A program made the translations under genes and the position numbers. From assembly GCF_964204645.1 (NCBI RefSeq), contig NC_134025.1, forward strand, positions 17,645,101 through 17,709,100: a stretch of 64,000 nt of DNA, in the 5' to 3' direction. The notes below the pieces were generated by a model. That model did not search any database. It was not told the DNA's origin and saw only the letters and a list, made by a program, of their open reading frames with translations. Of this stretch, positions 1 through 12,848 are shown piece after piece; the stretch's first letter is position 1, and each line of letters begins with the position of its first letter. The DNA is from Tubulanus polymorphus. Taxonomy: Eukaryota; Animalia; Nemertea.

Positions 1-198
1 TTGAAAAGAAACAATATAATTCAAATTAAAAATCAATAGATTTATTATATTATTTTTTAACCGCTTAATAAAGATTCAATATATTTTCATTATTTGGATC
101 ATTATTCCATAATTCAATAAACTTCTTTGCTTTATTCAACTGATCTAGATATAATTGTAAATCTAGTTTGTTAAATTTTATTTTATTTTCTTTCTTTT

Positions 199-360
199 CT
201 AGAGCTTTTTATTATGTTCATCATTCATATCAAATTTAGATACAGGTAACACATAGTCTATTTGAAAATATTCTCCATAATTATTTTCATTCATTTTATC
301 ATTGAATCGGTAAATAATCCATGATTTTAGAATGTTCTCTGAAAAATCTAATAAATACAA
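199..360 (-). pseudogene. Decayed HNH endonuclease (endonuclease VII-like, large-DNA-virus/Polinton-like-virus type) fragment
   Basis: YLLDFSENILKSWIIYRFNDKMNENNYGEYFQIDYVLPVSKFDMNDEHNKK resembles the motif lk.wi..qF...MnweNyG..WhIDH..P.s.Fd. The catalytic DH reads DY and a stop follows. Very AT-rich context. Confidence 0.55.
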
Positions 361-619
361 GGTGCCCGTGGGCACAGTGAGATTCAGCTTTGAAAGTAAA
401 TAGTCATGTGCTTGACAAATTGTCATGGGATGATGACATGTTTCTCATAAAAAGAAGAGTGGTTGACCCTCCACTGGACCAAGTAACCAAAAATTGATTG
501 AGGGAACTTATTTGGACCAGTGCCTGCTATGATGTATGAATAAACACTCAATTTCTAGTGTTTGCACGAATTATGATTCTGGTTTCATACTATCATTTTG
601 GCCTTAGCAAAGCTGTCAG

Positions 620-762
620 TTACAACGCATGAAACTGGGGACCAAGCAGCAGCAACAGCAGTAGCATATTTTTCTTATTAACTTCTTTATTGCAACCCTC
701 AGAGGTAAATGTGCTACAGTCGTGGGATTCTTTTTCGTCTGTAGTTTCTGTACATTCATCAT
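620..762 (-). CDS. Candidate terminal exon with hydrophobic C-terminus (possible GPI-anchor signal)
   Basis: Minus-strand acceptor ttttttcag (763-771). The phase-1 frame reads DECTETTDEKESHDCSTFTSEGCNKEVNKKNMLLLLLLLGPQFHAL*. A phase-0 frame is also open (...KICYCCCCCLVPSFMRCN*). No adjacent exon confirmed. Confidence 0.3.
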
Positions 763-1005
763 CTGAAAAAAATAATGGCAAAAACAGTTAACTCATGTGA
801 ATAGTAACACCTTTTCTGGTTATCATTGGTGGTATACCTTGCCATTGCTTTAAAGGTTTAAACTCAATATACTAAGTTATGTAGAACTTGAATGGAGCCA
901 TTAATTTCAATTAGTAGCACATACTTTATTGGGTTTATGGTATGCAAGCAACTGCATTAAGGTAGGACCAAATGTGTTTACCATTTCAGTTGCAACACAG
1001 GATTC

Positions 1006-1729
1006 GTGTATGGTAAGTAGTGAAGAGTTAATATCAGTGTATGGTAAGTGGTGAAGGGTTAATATCAGTGTATGGTAAGTGTTGAAGGGTTAATATCAGT
1101 GTATGGTCAGAGGTGAAGGGTTAATATCAGTGTATGGTAAGTGGTGAAGGGTTAATACCAGTGTATGGTAAGTGGTGAAGGGTTAATATCAGTGTATGGT
1201 AAGTGGTGAAGGGTTAATATCAGTGTATGGTAAGTGTTTAAGGGTTAATATCAGTGTATGGTCAGAGGTGAAGGGTTGATATCAGTGTATGGTTAGTGGT
1301 GAAGGGTTAATATCAGTGTACGGTAAGTGGTGAAGGGTTAATATCAGTATATGGTAAGTGGTGAAGGGTTAAACTCAGTGTATAATAAGTGGTGAAGGGG
1401 TTAATATCGGTGAATTGTAAGTGGTGAAGGGTTCATATCGGTGAATGGTAAGTGGGGAAGGGTTAATATCGGCGTATGGTAAGTGGTGAAGGGTTAATAT
1501 CCATGCATGGTAAGCGGTGAAGGGTTAATATCAGTGTATGGTAAGTGGGGAAGGGTTAATATCGACGTATTGTAAGTGGGGAAGGGTTAATATCGGTGCA
1601 TGGTAAGTGGTGAAGGGTTAATATCGGTGTATGGTAAGTGGGGAAGGGTTAATATCGGCGTATGGTAAGTGGTGAAGGGTTAAAATCAGTGCATGGTAAG
1701 TGGTGAAGGGTTAATATTAGTGTATGGTA
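1006..1729. repeat. 31-bp minisatellite, about 23 copies (GTGTATGGTAAGTGGTGAAGGGTTAATATCA)
   Basis: Tandem units are directly visible, with scattered substitutions. Confidence 0.95.
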
Positions 1730-1998
1730 GGCCTAGTAGTGAAGTGCACACCTGGTCAAAATGGAATGTAACAATTATTAACTATTAAATTATTAACGGT
1801 GCATAACAGGGTTATTAATATTGCAGGGATTTTGCATGGATGTGGCAGGCATCATAATGGGGTTTCAATAGTTAGGCCTTTTATATCCCCGGGTTTCAAA
1901 AAAATTGATCTACATATGGCCTAAGCCTATATCGGTATGTATTTCTTGTTGAAGAATAAATGAACTCAAGGATGAAAATAAAGTAGCCTTATATTTTA

Positions 1999-2539
1999 GG
2001 TTATCCCAAAATAATTGTCTGTTTGCCGTAACACCGACTCAACTTTTCAGGTAGGTAGGTAGAAATTTTTTTGCAAAATCTTATGGCAAAAAAAAACAAC
2101 AAATTTATCACCTTTGTTACATGGAAACAATATCACAAATCTACGTTGTGCACAGAAAATTTGTCTAATAGCATTGCGTAGATTTCAAGAATTATTCTAG
2201 AATTATAACCTCGTCCAGAGTCTCTGTTAAAAATGGAACAGTACTTGAATATATGCACGCTTTTATGTTACCAGCTTTAATATAGTCACTATTAGAATGA
2301 ATGGCAGCTTATTGGAACACTGCCAGTTTCCTGGAAAACTTTAACTAGGCCACATGTCAAGGCATGTTTTCACACCATGCCCACTTCAAACATACGTAGC
2401 TCATACATCGGCAGTGGGTCGGTCGGCCGTTTTAATAAAAAATAAAATGTATTTCAATGAATCCCAGAAAAAAGTTTTCACCCGGTACCTTTGAAGTCGG
2501 GTTGGTCGGGTTACGGCAGACCATTGTTTTGGGATGGCC
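1999..2539. mobile_element. Non-autonomous Zator/Harbinger-type MITE (uninterrupted copy)
   Basis: GG..CC ends with TIR GGYYATCCCAAAA...GCCGTAAC and TTA TSD at 1996-1998 and 2540-2542. A second copy at 17024-32801 is split by the DIRS element. Confidence 0.8.
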
Positions 2540-3984
2540 TTATTGGAATATTTATTAAGCCCAAGCGCCAAAACGGTAACTCCAGCAGTAAGGTATTGTT
2601 TTTTTAATGAACTGAATTGCGTCTGTGGTTGTACAACTACGTATGTATCAATGCCTGTATAAACATCAATGACTATGGTGCTGTACTACTGTACTCAGCA
2701 CAGCACGTATATATGCAGTTATCGGGACAGATGACGTCACAGCAATCCCGAAGAGGCATCTCGAATTTTCAAAAATCAATTTTGTTGCCATCTAAAATCT
2801 TTAATGGAGCTAAAACTGTGTCAATGTTTCCAAAAAAATCATCTACAATTGAAATTATGGGCGCTCCTTATATTTCAGGATTAAAATTGACACTAAGGAC
2901 GTACTTCGGCAATCATCGGCAGTGTTTGGCTGTCCCGATAACTGCGGGTAGATTTAAGCATTACGGAGATAGGATCGTTTCCAGCCTTTCTGTATAGTAT
3001 AGCTTAACGACCGGCGCGCGTTGCATCATGGGTAAATTTATTAAAAAACATGGCGGATCTATCGAAGTAGGATTAACGTATCGCTGGTGAATTATCAAAT
3101 ATTTATCCATTATCAAAGCCCATATTCAAGTGCCTGTGGTGAAGCTTCACTGAACTAAGGCCGGAAAGCGCTTGTGTAATTCATGGACCGAATAATACGA
3201 TAAAAATACATAATCGTGGATTCAAGACCACTGTCTGGATATATGGGCAAGTAATATCCTAACATCACCTACAAGTACCGGCTGAGCTAGCGAAAAAAAA
3301 TTGACGTACGTTTAGGCCTTAGTGCCGCCGGACGGGAACTGACAAGACACATCATCATGAATTTGCCAGTTAAATACGCATTGACAACTCTTATTCTCGA
3401 CAAAAAAATGATTCAACGCTTTATTGACATCTAGTCTAAACATAATTTACACATCAAATCCTGTCATTTTCACAAAAAGAATGTAAAATGCCGGTACCTA
3501 CCTCTAGACTCGCGTCAGAGTAAGTCAATGGCGGCGCAATGTAGTCACGTATCCATTCGCAATATTCAGTATTTATCTACTAGCGCATGGAAACTATATT
3601 TTCCCGTAAAATATTATGAAAGTTTTAAGGGACGATCGATTGCATCTACTTAGAAAATATTTGCAGTTTTGGACTCATGCGATAAGATGTTGGCCTACTG
3701 GTACGAGGATCTTTTTACGGCACGTATATCTACATGTATAAATGTCATTCAGATGGGCGTGCTGCGGTTCGCCTCCACGCGAAAATGACGTCACATGTCA
3801 CTTCAGAAATGCCCAAAATCGTATGGAAATTAGCTCCCAAATTAGATACACCAGATATCCATACCACCAGAAATTATGACCCTACAACTGTAACAATCCT
3901 GTTGACATAACACTCATAGCGTCAGGTGCTACTGATTAAGCGGAGAAGTTGTGCAACACTAATCAGTCGGCACCATTTAGTAAA

Positions 3985-4215
3985 CTAAGAATTTTCCCAC
4001 CAAAAACAGTTTTTCGAATTTAAACAAAGTTGACCATGTCATCGACTGAGGTTCGTCATGTCTTCAATCGCATCGATTATATGTCGTTTAACCCAAGAAC
4101 CAATGAAAAAAATGCTCACATAAAAACGTACCGCAATTTTACATAAATTGGCTGAATGCCAACCTCATACTGCTGACAAAGGTAAACGAAAAAGTATTAA
4201 AACCAAAAACTAAGA
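3985..4215 (+). repeat. Fragment of dispersed repeat family Y
   Basis: ctaagaattttcccaccaaaaacag...ctgacaaaggtaaac matches 33468-33680 and 50326-50540. Confidence 0.8.
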
Positions 4216-4799
4216 ATGAGATTACAATTTCCATACGAATATGAATTTATAAAGTAGTAGGTTTTACTTTTTAATTTATTTTCTTACTGAATATTTCTTT
4301 TTGTATCTTTTGTATCTTTCTTTTGTTATTCTAAAATACGTAAAAATAGGTATTAAATCAAAGTTATCAGTGTTTAATCAAAATTATCAGTGTTAATTGA
4401 TATTAATTGATATTGATTTTTATTAGAAGCGTAATGACATTACAAGCCCATAATTAATTAATTTGGTTTTCATTTTTTATATTTTTAATTCTTAACAATT
4501 TATAATATCAAATAATAATTTTCAAGGAAACACCATTCATGTTGTATTGATGTTTTTAGATGATATATTAAGCAAGCGACTCTCATATAATAGAACAGGT
4601 TTTTGAGAGAATTTTAAGTAACGTTAACATATCACATTCATAAGCAGAACTGGAGTTCCACTCAGGAATGTGTGAAACGTTTGAAATAAATATAAAAAGT
4701 CGATGTGATATCATTTAAAAAAAATTAATACTTAATGAATATTAAATAAGAAAACTTAATAAAATGATATTCTATAATTTTTTTTGTAATATCTTTTAA

Positions 4800-5167
4800 T
4801 ATTTTCTTATTTTAGAAATTTCAAAATCTATAACATGGTGTCCTTTTTCATCTTTACCTTGAAAATAAAATAAAATATTCCTGATTTTAAATTATTATTC
4901 TTCAAATGATAATCTATTAAAGCTATCCGGTAAATATGTTCTAAATATATATGTATTTGTTAAACCTATATGCTCTAAATTAGCTATAAATTTATTTCTA
5001 TATTTAGTTGTAATGATTTCAATATCTGTTATTAGATATCTTTTATTTAATGTTAATTCAATTAATTTCTTATGTTTATAATCTACATTTTTAGCAACTG
5101 TTATATCTTTTATCTTTTTGATAAAGTTTATATTTTTTGGTATCCATTTATTATACATATTTTTCAA
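4800..5167 (-). pseudogene. AT-rich small ORF resembling Polinton/adintovirus-type accessory proteins (possible OB-fold)
   Basis: KKLIELTLNKRYLITDIEIITTKYRNKFIANL...FRTYLPDSFNRL. The frame continues past the stop at 4895 (FKIRNILFYFQGKDEKGHHVIDFE). Lies in an extremely AT-rich block at about 4200-5545. The resemblance is from memory only. Confidence 0.35.
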
Positions 5168-5549
5168 TAAAGATGAAATTACTTTATTTTAATGAATTAG
5201 AAAATATTAATATAATTCTATAATATTGAAATAATAATAATATATAAAAATTATTTTTTCATTTTTTTCAAAACTACTTCTATATTCCTTATTTTCTAAA
5301 CGACTTAGGAGAAATAAAGACACATGGAGTATATTTTATAAAAGGAACATATTTATATTTTACGATATTGAAAATAGTACAAATTATAAACTATAAATAT
5401 AATAAGATATTAATTGAATATTTATAAATTTACAATGATATTTATTTTTATATTTCTATATTTATTTCATAATATATTTTAAAATTATAAAAATAATACA
5501 TAAATATTAGAGTAAGTGTATATAATTTTAATATATAAGTGTATATAAT

Positions 5550-6353
5550 GATCAAGCTACCCCGTAACAAAATATGTAATTGTACAAATATAATATAGAA
5601 ATACTAAGATATTGTATTATTCAACGCCCCCTGGTGACCATATACAAAAACCAATGAACTTGAAACTCACCACAATCATAGAACACGTTATAGGCTACAA
5701 CTTTCTAATTCATTGTTGTAACAAAATATGCTTAGGTATCAATATAATGTCGAAAAACTTTTTCCCACCTACAAATGAGTACTAATGACACCAAGATGGC
5801 CGCCAATTGCATCATAATTAGCTGATTAAAAATACCTGTCTCTGGTATCAAACACCTCTTTCCAAAGAATACCCATCAGCAATTGCAATGAGAAATGGCA
5901 AACCAGTAGGAAGCTACTGGACTCAGAATTCGGGCCAAAATTAACATTTTTGGGCACTTAAAAAGGTCCTAGGACGACCATCTTGAGTTTGATCGACTTA
6001 TTGCTTGTTATGCTGATGGGCCCTGGGGGGGTTCAAATATATACGAAAGATCAAGGTAATTGATTTAGGCATCTGCAAAATTTCCCTCAAAAGTTCAAAA
6101 ACGAGTAAAAAGTGCTGATTTTGACGAACAACAATGGCTGCCAGTCGGCCATCTTTATTCTGACAGGGCCAGTCTTTGGGCTGAAGATGTGTCTAGGGTA
6201 GATACATGTATAAACCAAACATCAAGACATTTCCTTGAAGCGTCTTCAAAACTTCCCACAATAACTGGATTCCGTCTATGGACGGACGGACGGACGACGG
6301 ACGAAAAGTGAACGCAATAGTGCGCTGGGACTAAAGTCCCAAGTGGGCTAAAA
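5550..6353. mobile_element. Helentron/HINE-type non-autonomous element, family 1
   Basis: Internal unit of about 155 bp (cccctggtgaccatatacaaaaaccaatga), (GGAC)n microsatellite at 6279-6303, terminal hairpin gggact-aa-agtccc followed by an A-run. Homologous to 56633-58530, 44059-44222 and 47310-47625. Confidence 0.7.
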
Positions 6354-7980
6354 ATTTACTCCTCAATCCGCTCGAATCTGCCCTGGTTATAGTGGGATTC
6401 GAACCCAATAGCTTATGATAGACTACACACAGTCTTCGAAATACCAAACAGAAATCAACATCCTTCTATTTCAATTGAACATGACACATCTGAGCGCTCA
6501 CTTCAAATCTCAGTAAGTTTGGATGAATTTCGGGGGGAAAAGGACACGATTTTGGTGGTCCACCTCATTAAAATCTTACATCAAATGAAAGCCTTGACTA
6601 TTTACTACAAAATAACACTAACTTGTAATGCATGGAAATGAACAGCAAATGAGCTATTCGGTATCGTGATGAACTTAGATTTTACCTTGAATTTTCTGAG
6701 GAGTAAATGACATTAGTGTTATTCCTGAGTGCTAAAATCAATTTATAGTTTTTTACAAAATAATACATGGATTGTCAAAAAATGTCTTCTTATGATTTTT
6801 TCTATGAATGGTTATCCCGACGAGTATCCCTAGGGAAGAGATGTTTGAAATGACTTTCCACATTTTTCATTTCCTACCACCATCATTACAGAATTGTTCC
6901 CATTTTTTCATACGTACCAAAGATACGTAATCTTTCATAAGTAATTTATACCTAGCACAATTACTTCCTTTTCGATGAGGTTTTATGCTGGAGTTGCATA
7001 GTTAAGCATGTTTAAGACAATGAAACTATTTTGATCTGTAATTAGGGTACAAATCAATGACCGCTACTAGAGTAGGGTCAAAGCAGAGCCCTGAGATAGA
7101 GAATATAATACAGCCTATAGGGAAAACTAAATTATAGCTAAATGACAAGAATTTTCTTAAAACTTTACATATATTCAAAAATTTTCAGAATTTTTCACAA
7201 AAAAATTTACTTTAACGAAATATTCCCCAATTCCGCATTTATGATGGATTAAATCTTGTGAAGATACCACTGATAGCCAAAGATTTGTCTGTTCGCTCAA
7301 TGGTGCACATAGTGGCTGTGGTTAATCACACTCTTCTACAAATTTTTTCAATAACTACAGCCGGTGCGCAACAAGTGTCTTGTCAATGAAACATGGCGGA
7401 AGGTTGAAATCATTTTCCGCTTAAATTCATCGCGAGTTTTTAGACCTTAAAGAGCACATGCCATCATCCATGACCCGTTTATTTAAACCGCATTGATTGA
7501 AAGAATACTATCAATGAACAGTAACTGGGCAATATTTGAAATTTTTTTTTACAGTTTTATGTAATTTGTAGGCTATTTTATGTTGCTATCATTATTTTCT
7601 ATGCTAGCTTTCTCCGACAGATGGCAGCGCAGAATCTGTGACTTGATAGGTGCTAAACATACACCATCAATTCAATTCAATTAAATTTTAATTGTCAAAA
7701 CATATTTCACTTTATTTTCGGTAATATTTTTCTTCTTTATAATTTTTTCTATGGCCTGTTTTAGAAATAATTTATTTTAATATAACCTAATAATCTTGAT
7801 TGTTACTACAAGAAATAATAAAAAAATTTGAACTTGAGTTTGATGTCGGTAATTAGTACGACTTGCTTCCATTCGGCAGCGGTCTTTTCATCGCGAGTTT
7901 TGTGTCGTTTGTTGATTAGTTCACCAAAATTCTGATCTGCTTCTACTACAGAAAACTGTCTTGTTAATATTTGTATTAGT

Positions 7981-10900
7981 ATGGTGTACTGTGTGGCATT
8001 CAACTGCACAAACAGTTCAGAATCAGGGCTGGATGGAGTAAGTTTTCATCGATTTCCTTTGAAGGACAAGCAAAGGCTTTTGAAATGGACTGCCGCATTG
8101 AAGCTGAAGAACTTCACCCCGACTGTTCATTCCCTTTTGTGTAGTGACCATTTTTCGGATAATGCTTTTAAGATTCCACCGTCCATCGCTTTGTCAATTG
8201 GTTACAAACCGGAACGTTTTCGTTTGAATGGTGATGCCGTCCCTGCGATTTTTAATTTTGATCATCATAATGGTACTTCATCACATTCACCACAGACACC
8301 AATAGCTAGTACGTCCAGTGGTAGACCAAGCAAAGCCATGGAGAAGAGAGATCATGTAAAGGTAGGTTGATAAACAATTAAATTTACGTAATTCTCGGTT
8401 TGCACTGCCCAAAGCAATGCAATGCCAAATTGAATCCCATTTTCTTTCAGTGACAGTGCTATTTCAATTTTTAACTTGTTTTATGTCTGTTTTTAGATAG
8501 TGAAAGATCTAATGTCAAGTCCAAGAAAAGAGAAAGTTGTGCCTGTTGTAGATAGTAGTCTCATCGAAGAACCTTCAGTACCAACCCCTTCATTGGATAA
8601 CATTGATGACTTTGCTCTACCATTTAGAAGTATCGGGACAAATACTGGCGTGGTTGTAAGTGATTGTGTATTCCTATACTTAGCCCATCGAATTGTAATT
8701 GCCCCACCACCCTATTTTCAGCATGAATGTTTTTTTAACTAGGTGTTTGTATAAATCAATTTTCAGGAACATCGTAATCAGTTAGTACAGTGCAACATCA
8801 AGCCTACATCATCATCAAAACGTAGTCAGACGGATCGAATAAATTTTCAATCGGATATCAGTGTTCAATGTGAACTCCTGGAATCTGAAACGGCAAATGA
8901 TGATTTCCATGACAGTGAAATTGAAAGTGATGATGAACCTGATGATGGATATTACGACCCTACGTGGGATCCCAATGATGAAGATTCAGAGTAAGTCTAA
9001 ACATATTATTTTATTGCAAAATTAAAAATGGCATTTTTTATAAGCATTTCTGTGTTTTGATTATCAATGAATAACATATTGTCACATGGAAACCCTGGAG
9101 AGATCAAGTATATTTTTCAGTTTTCTTTAGCGTGAAACCCTACGTAGTTAATCTTATGGTTTGAATTTTATTCTTATTTCCTGCAGCTGTGAAGACGTCG
9201 ATGCTGGTGAATTCCCTGATGTCAGCACAAGTGCTAATTTTGACGATCCGCAAAATGAAAAAAAATTCATTTGTTTTGAATCTGCTATTGTTTCGTTACT
9301 GTCGGTATGTCAAGAGTGCCTTTCACCATGCAAGATAACGAAACGTTATACGACAGGATCTTCGGTGACGTACGAAACTATTTGTTTGGGTGAACAAGCT
9401 CATTTTCGGGTCTGGTCCTCCCAGCCAAGACATCAGAAAATGCCCATTGGAAACTTGTTGATTGCAGCCGGTGTATTTTTCGGGGCATTGAGCCCTACCA
9501 AATTCGTTAATTTCTGCAAGAACCTAGGACTATGTATGTTTGGTGTTCGCCATTATTTCAAGTTGCAGTTGAGTTACCTCTGTATGGCAGTTGATAACGT
9601 TTGGAAATCGTGTCAAAAACTATTGATAGAGGAGAGAAAAACTGTCGAGAAGAAATTGATTCTAGGTGGAGATGGAAGGTGTGACTCGAGAGGACACACA
9701 GCCAAATATGGTTCTTATTCGTTAATGGATATGGTTGACTCAAAGATTCTTGACTTCCAGCTAGTACAGGTAATTCATAGATCATTCTACTCACAATTCA
9801 GGTTTTAGATTTGTCATATTATTTAAGGTGGCACTGGTAATATTCCATGCGACTTCACTAGATGTGTTGAATCATCACTTTTATATGCATGTTGTAAAGA
9901 AAATCAGTGCAATTTTTTTCAGAGCAACGAAGTAACTAGTTCGAACGTAATGGAGTTGGAAGGTTTCAAACGATCCTTAGACTTTTTAGTAAACTCGAGT
10001 AAACTCAATGTTGATCAAATAACAACAGACAGACATCAACAGATAAAGAAGTATCTAAGGCAAAACCACCCCACTATACAACAGTGGTTTGATGGCTGGC
10101 AAAAGGTAATATTCTGTTGTTTTGTCATCAGCTTTTATGAATTAGGTTCCGGTTTTAGGTGACATATGTCGAAGATCAAAATTTAATATTTTTTCAGGAG
10201 TTTTCAAGAAAGTGGAAAAAAGGCTAAAACCAAAAAGTTTGCTATCCTGAAGGATTGGTCGAAAGCATTGAGTAACCACATGTATTGGGTCGGTGGAAGC
10301 AGTGGAGGCGATGCAGAGTTCGTTGTTGACAAATGGAAGTCAATAATTAATCACATTGCTGACATACACGAACATGACAGTGCGAAGTTCAAAACTTGCG
10401 CGCATGGAGATTTAGAGTCAAGAAACTGGATTAAGAAAGGTAAGATCAAAATACAGGTTGAGATAGTGATATTTCAAATTATTTTCTTTTTTCAAATCCT
10501 CCCTCATACATGTCATATTTTATTTCAGGTTCTGCTGCCCATAAAGTATTAAAAAGTATAGTCCTGGCGAAAGGTCTTCTTACAGATATCGGGAAGATAT
10601 CACCAGCTGCACAAACTTCCAGTATCGAGTCGTATCATCGCCTGGTTGTACACTTTGCGCCAAAGGATCAACATTATTTCTTTGATTCCATGAATGCAAG
10701 GTAATTGATGATAAATACATATATTTCAAAAATATTTGAATTCTATTAATTCTTCTAATGACTGATGATATTCTTATTTTTGGTGGGAGACAGGTCTATG
10801 ATAGAATTACAGGTTTTTTAACTGTTCCTTTTCATTTGTAGACTTCAACTATCAGCTTTACACTTCAATGAAAATAGCAATCGTGAACAGGCAGTCACCA

Positions 10901-11421
10901 CAAATGGAAGTGAGCAGTTTCAGCTTTATTTCTCGAAACATAAAGATGGTGCACCAGTGGCTAAACAAGTTAAAGTTCCTATGACATTTAGTAAGTTCAA
11001 TCAATTCTTCGGTTCCAAAATATCTTCAAATGTGTAAAAAGCTTTGTTTTTCTGTAATAATCTGTTAACAAAGTAGAATCTCAGGGAAGCCGTTAGGTAC
11101 GTACATATTACGGTATACCAAAATTCAATTATAAGATTTCTCATTTCAGACTATGTCTCTCAGTGCTACAGTGAAGTTTGGCATGTGCGAAAACAATACA
11201 CACTTTCAGAGGCATCTGACGTGTGGAAGAAGATTACCCCAAAGATGGAACATTTAGCAGATCTATACGACCGGTCTGATATCACAAAAGAAGAAGTAAT
11301 CCTCACTCACATCAGTAGATTCCAATTGCCAGTGAAATCACCTTGTGAAAATGGAAAAAAACGGAATGCTACAATAGTTGAATCGCCTCCTACACCAAAG
11401 CGTCCATGCCGAAAGAAATGA
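7981..11421 (+). pseudogene. Kolobok THAP-DDE transposase, 9 exons, two frameshift lesions
   Basis: GT-AG exons: 7981-8361, 8497-8655, 8767-8990, 9187-9769, 9923-10105, 10198-10439, 10529-10700, 10842-10990, 11150-11421. THAP domain (MVYCVAFNC..FHRFP..W..LCSDHF..AVP), D1 GGDGRCDSRGH, D2 TTDRH, E TSSIESYH, plus SNHMYW and LSALHFNEN. The frame breaks near 10097-10105 and in the A-run near 10216-10221. Confidence 0.88.
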
Positions 11422-11595
11422 ACTGAACTAAAACCAATGCTTTGAAAAAACAAATGCAATTACTTTATTTGAAAAATTACTTCATCAAATACTTTTCCCA
11501 TTCTTGATTTATCTTAATACTGAAAATCTTGACTTATTTTTAATACTGATTATGAAAATATCAAAACATTGTATCGGATTATACTCGTAAAAATC

Positions 11596-12848
11596 TTATG
11601 GTATCTCTGGGTATTTGAATCCACAATATAACTGATCTACAGCTGGCCAGGTTAATCGGATCATTGAAACGACGCATGATGGTAGAATTTTGCGGTTTTT
11701 TTGCCGAGTCTGCCCCAAACCCATCTCACAAAACGTCTGTATGCAATATAACGGGAAAGTCTGAAAATAGAATGGATATACATTACACACATTAGCCTTG
11801 TATTTTCTGTGATCTCACAAGTGCCTGCCATTCGGGGTATGTTGATTTTTTTTTGTACAGAGAATTCATTAATAATACTGCAAGTTGTATTAATGATTGA
11901 AATAAAGAAGTTTATATCCTGATTTTAAATACAAAATTTAAGTTTATTCCTATTTCTTCATTCGCTTTTCATTTGGACTTACTCGTGCACAGGTTCTTCA
12001 TCACCAATTGGGCCAGAGTCAAATGCATAATCATAAAAAGACACTTTGAGCACATCGGGATCCAGGCAGTTAACTATAAATCCGTGTACTTCGGTAATGC
12101 AAGTTTTGTCTGCAGTTGCCATTATTTCTGAGAGTTCGTGGAACTCTTTGCAACATACACATTCGCGGGGAGTTTGCATTGGGGAGCAAACATACATGCC
12201 TGTGCTGTTTCTACAAGAGCACCTAAAATTTAAAAAAGATTGAAAGTAATTTCTTTAGACTGGCTGGAACATTATGAGAGGTTTGTCTGGCAAAAACTAG
12301 TGGCTTTTTACCAGTACCAAATAAATTCAATTTGCATTGAATTGAATATTAGTTACGCGAAATTTACCAACAAAAGCCGCGCAGTAACAATTCTTAATGG
12401 AAAATTGTATTTTCTTTATCTTGTAAATTTACATTTCATGATATCTAATTTCACCATGAATTAAAACTACTGAACCCGTGCCCTTCTTTTCGGTGTTGTG
12501 TAGGTAGGCCTCACAGATTTAGCGAATTAGAAACTTAAACTAATAATAATAAACAAAAACCAATGAACCCAGAAATGGTCGTCGAAGTATTAATATTATT
12601 CATCTTACTATATTTGCTATTGAGTTGTGTTTATTTTTGTTCATTCGAACTACTTACCAATCCGTATTGTCTGCCCTTTGTTCAAATTCTTCTACGCCGC
12701 CGCCGTCGTCACTACTACTATTGTCGTCAGATGAACTTGATTCACGGTCGGCTTTGTCGTCAGAATTATGTCTTTTGACTGGTTCAAACATGTATGGTTG
12801 AATATTATTATCAGTGAATTCCAAATCACTGAACCCATCGTCCGACAT
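11596..12848 (-). pseudogene. KolX: KolX-like accessory protein (P2X7 cytoplasmic ballast/nanor-like Cys-rich domain), 3 exons, one frameshift in an A7 run
   Basis: Exons 12848-12658, 12222-11983 and 11760-11596 splice to MSDDG..QPYMFEP..DWCSC..CSPMQTPRECVCCKE..CITEVHGFIVNCLDPDVL..RYIAYRRFVRWVWGRLGKK/NRKILPSCVVSMIRLTWP..YCGF. One extra A is needed at 11696-11702. Confidence 0.85.

Noticed and set aside
1006-1729. 31-bp array as CRISPR or telomeric repeat
   Set aside because: There are no unique spacers and the unit is not TTAGGG/TTAGG.
2617-2997. 126-aa ORF and similar short ORFs in repeats (e.g. 32812-33297, 16762-17088)
   Set aside because: No domain motifs; several have non-ATG starts, cross repeat junctions or are not open in other copies.
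6385-6410. GGGTTCGAATCCC B-box (minus strand) as a tRNA gene
   Set aside because: No A-box or cloverleaf is recognisable; at most a SINE remnant.
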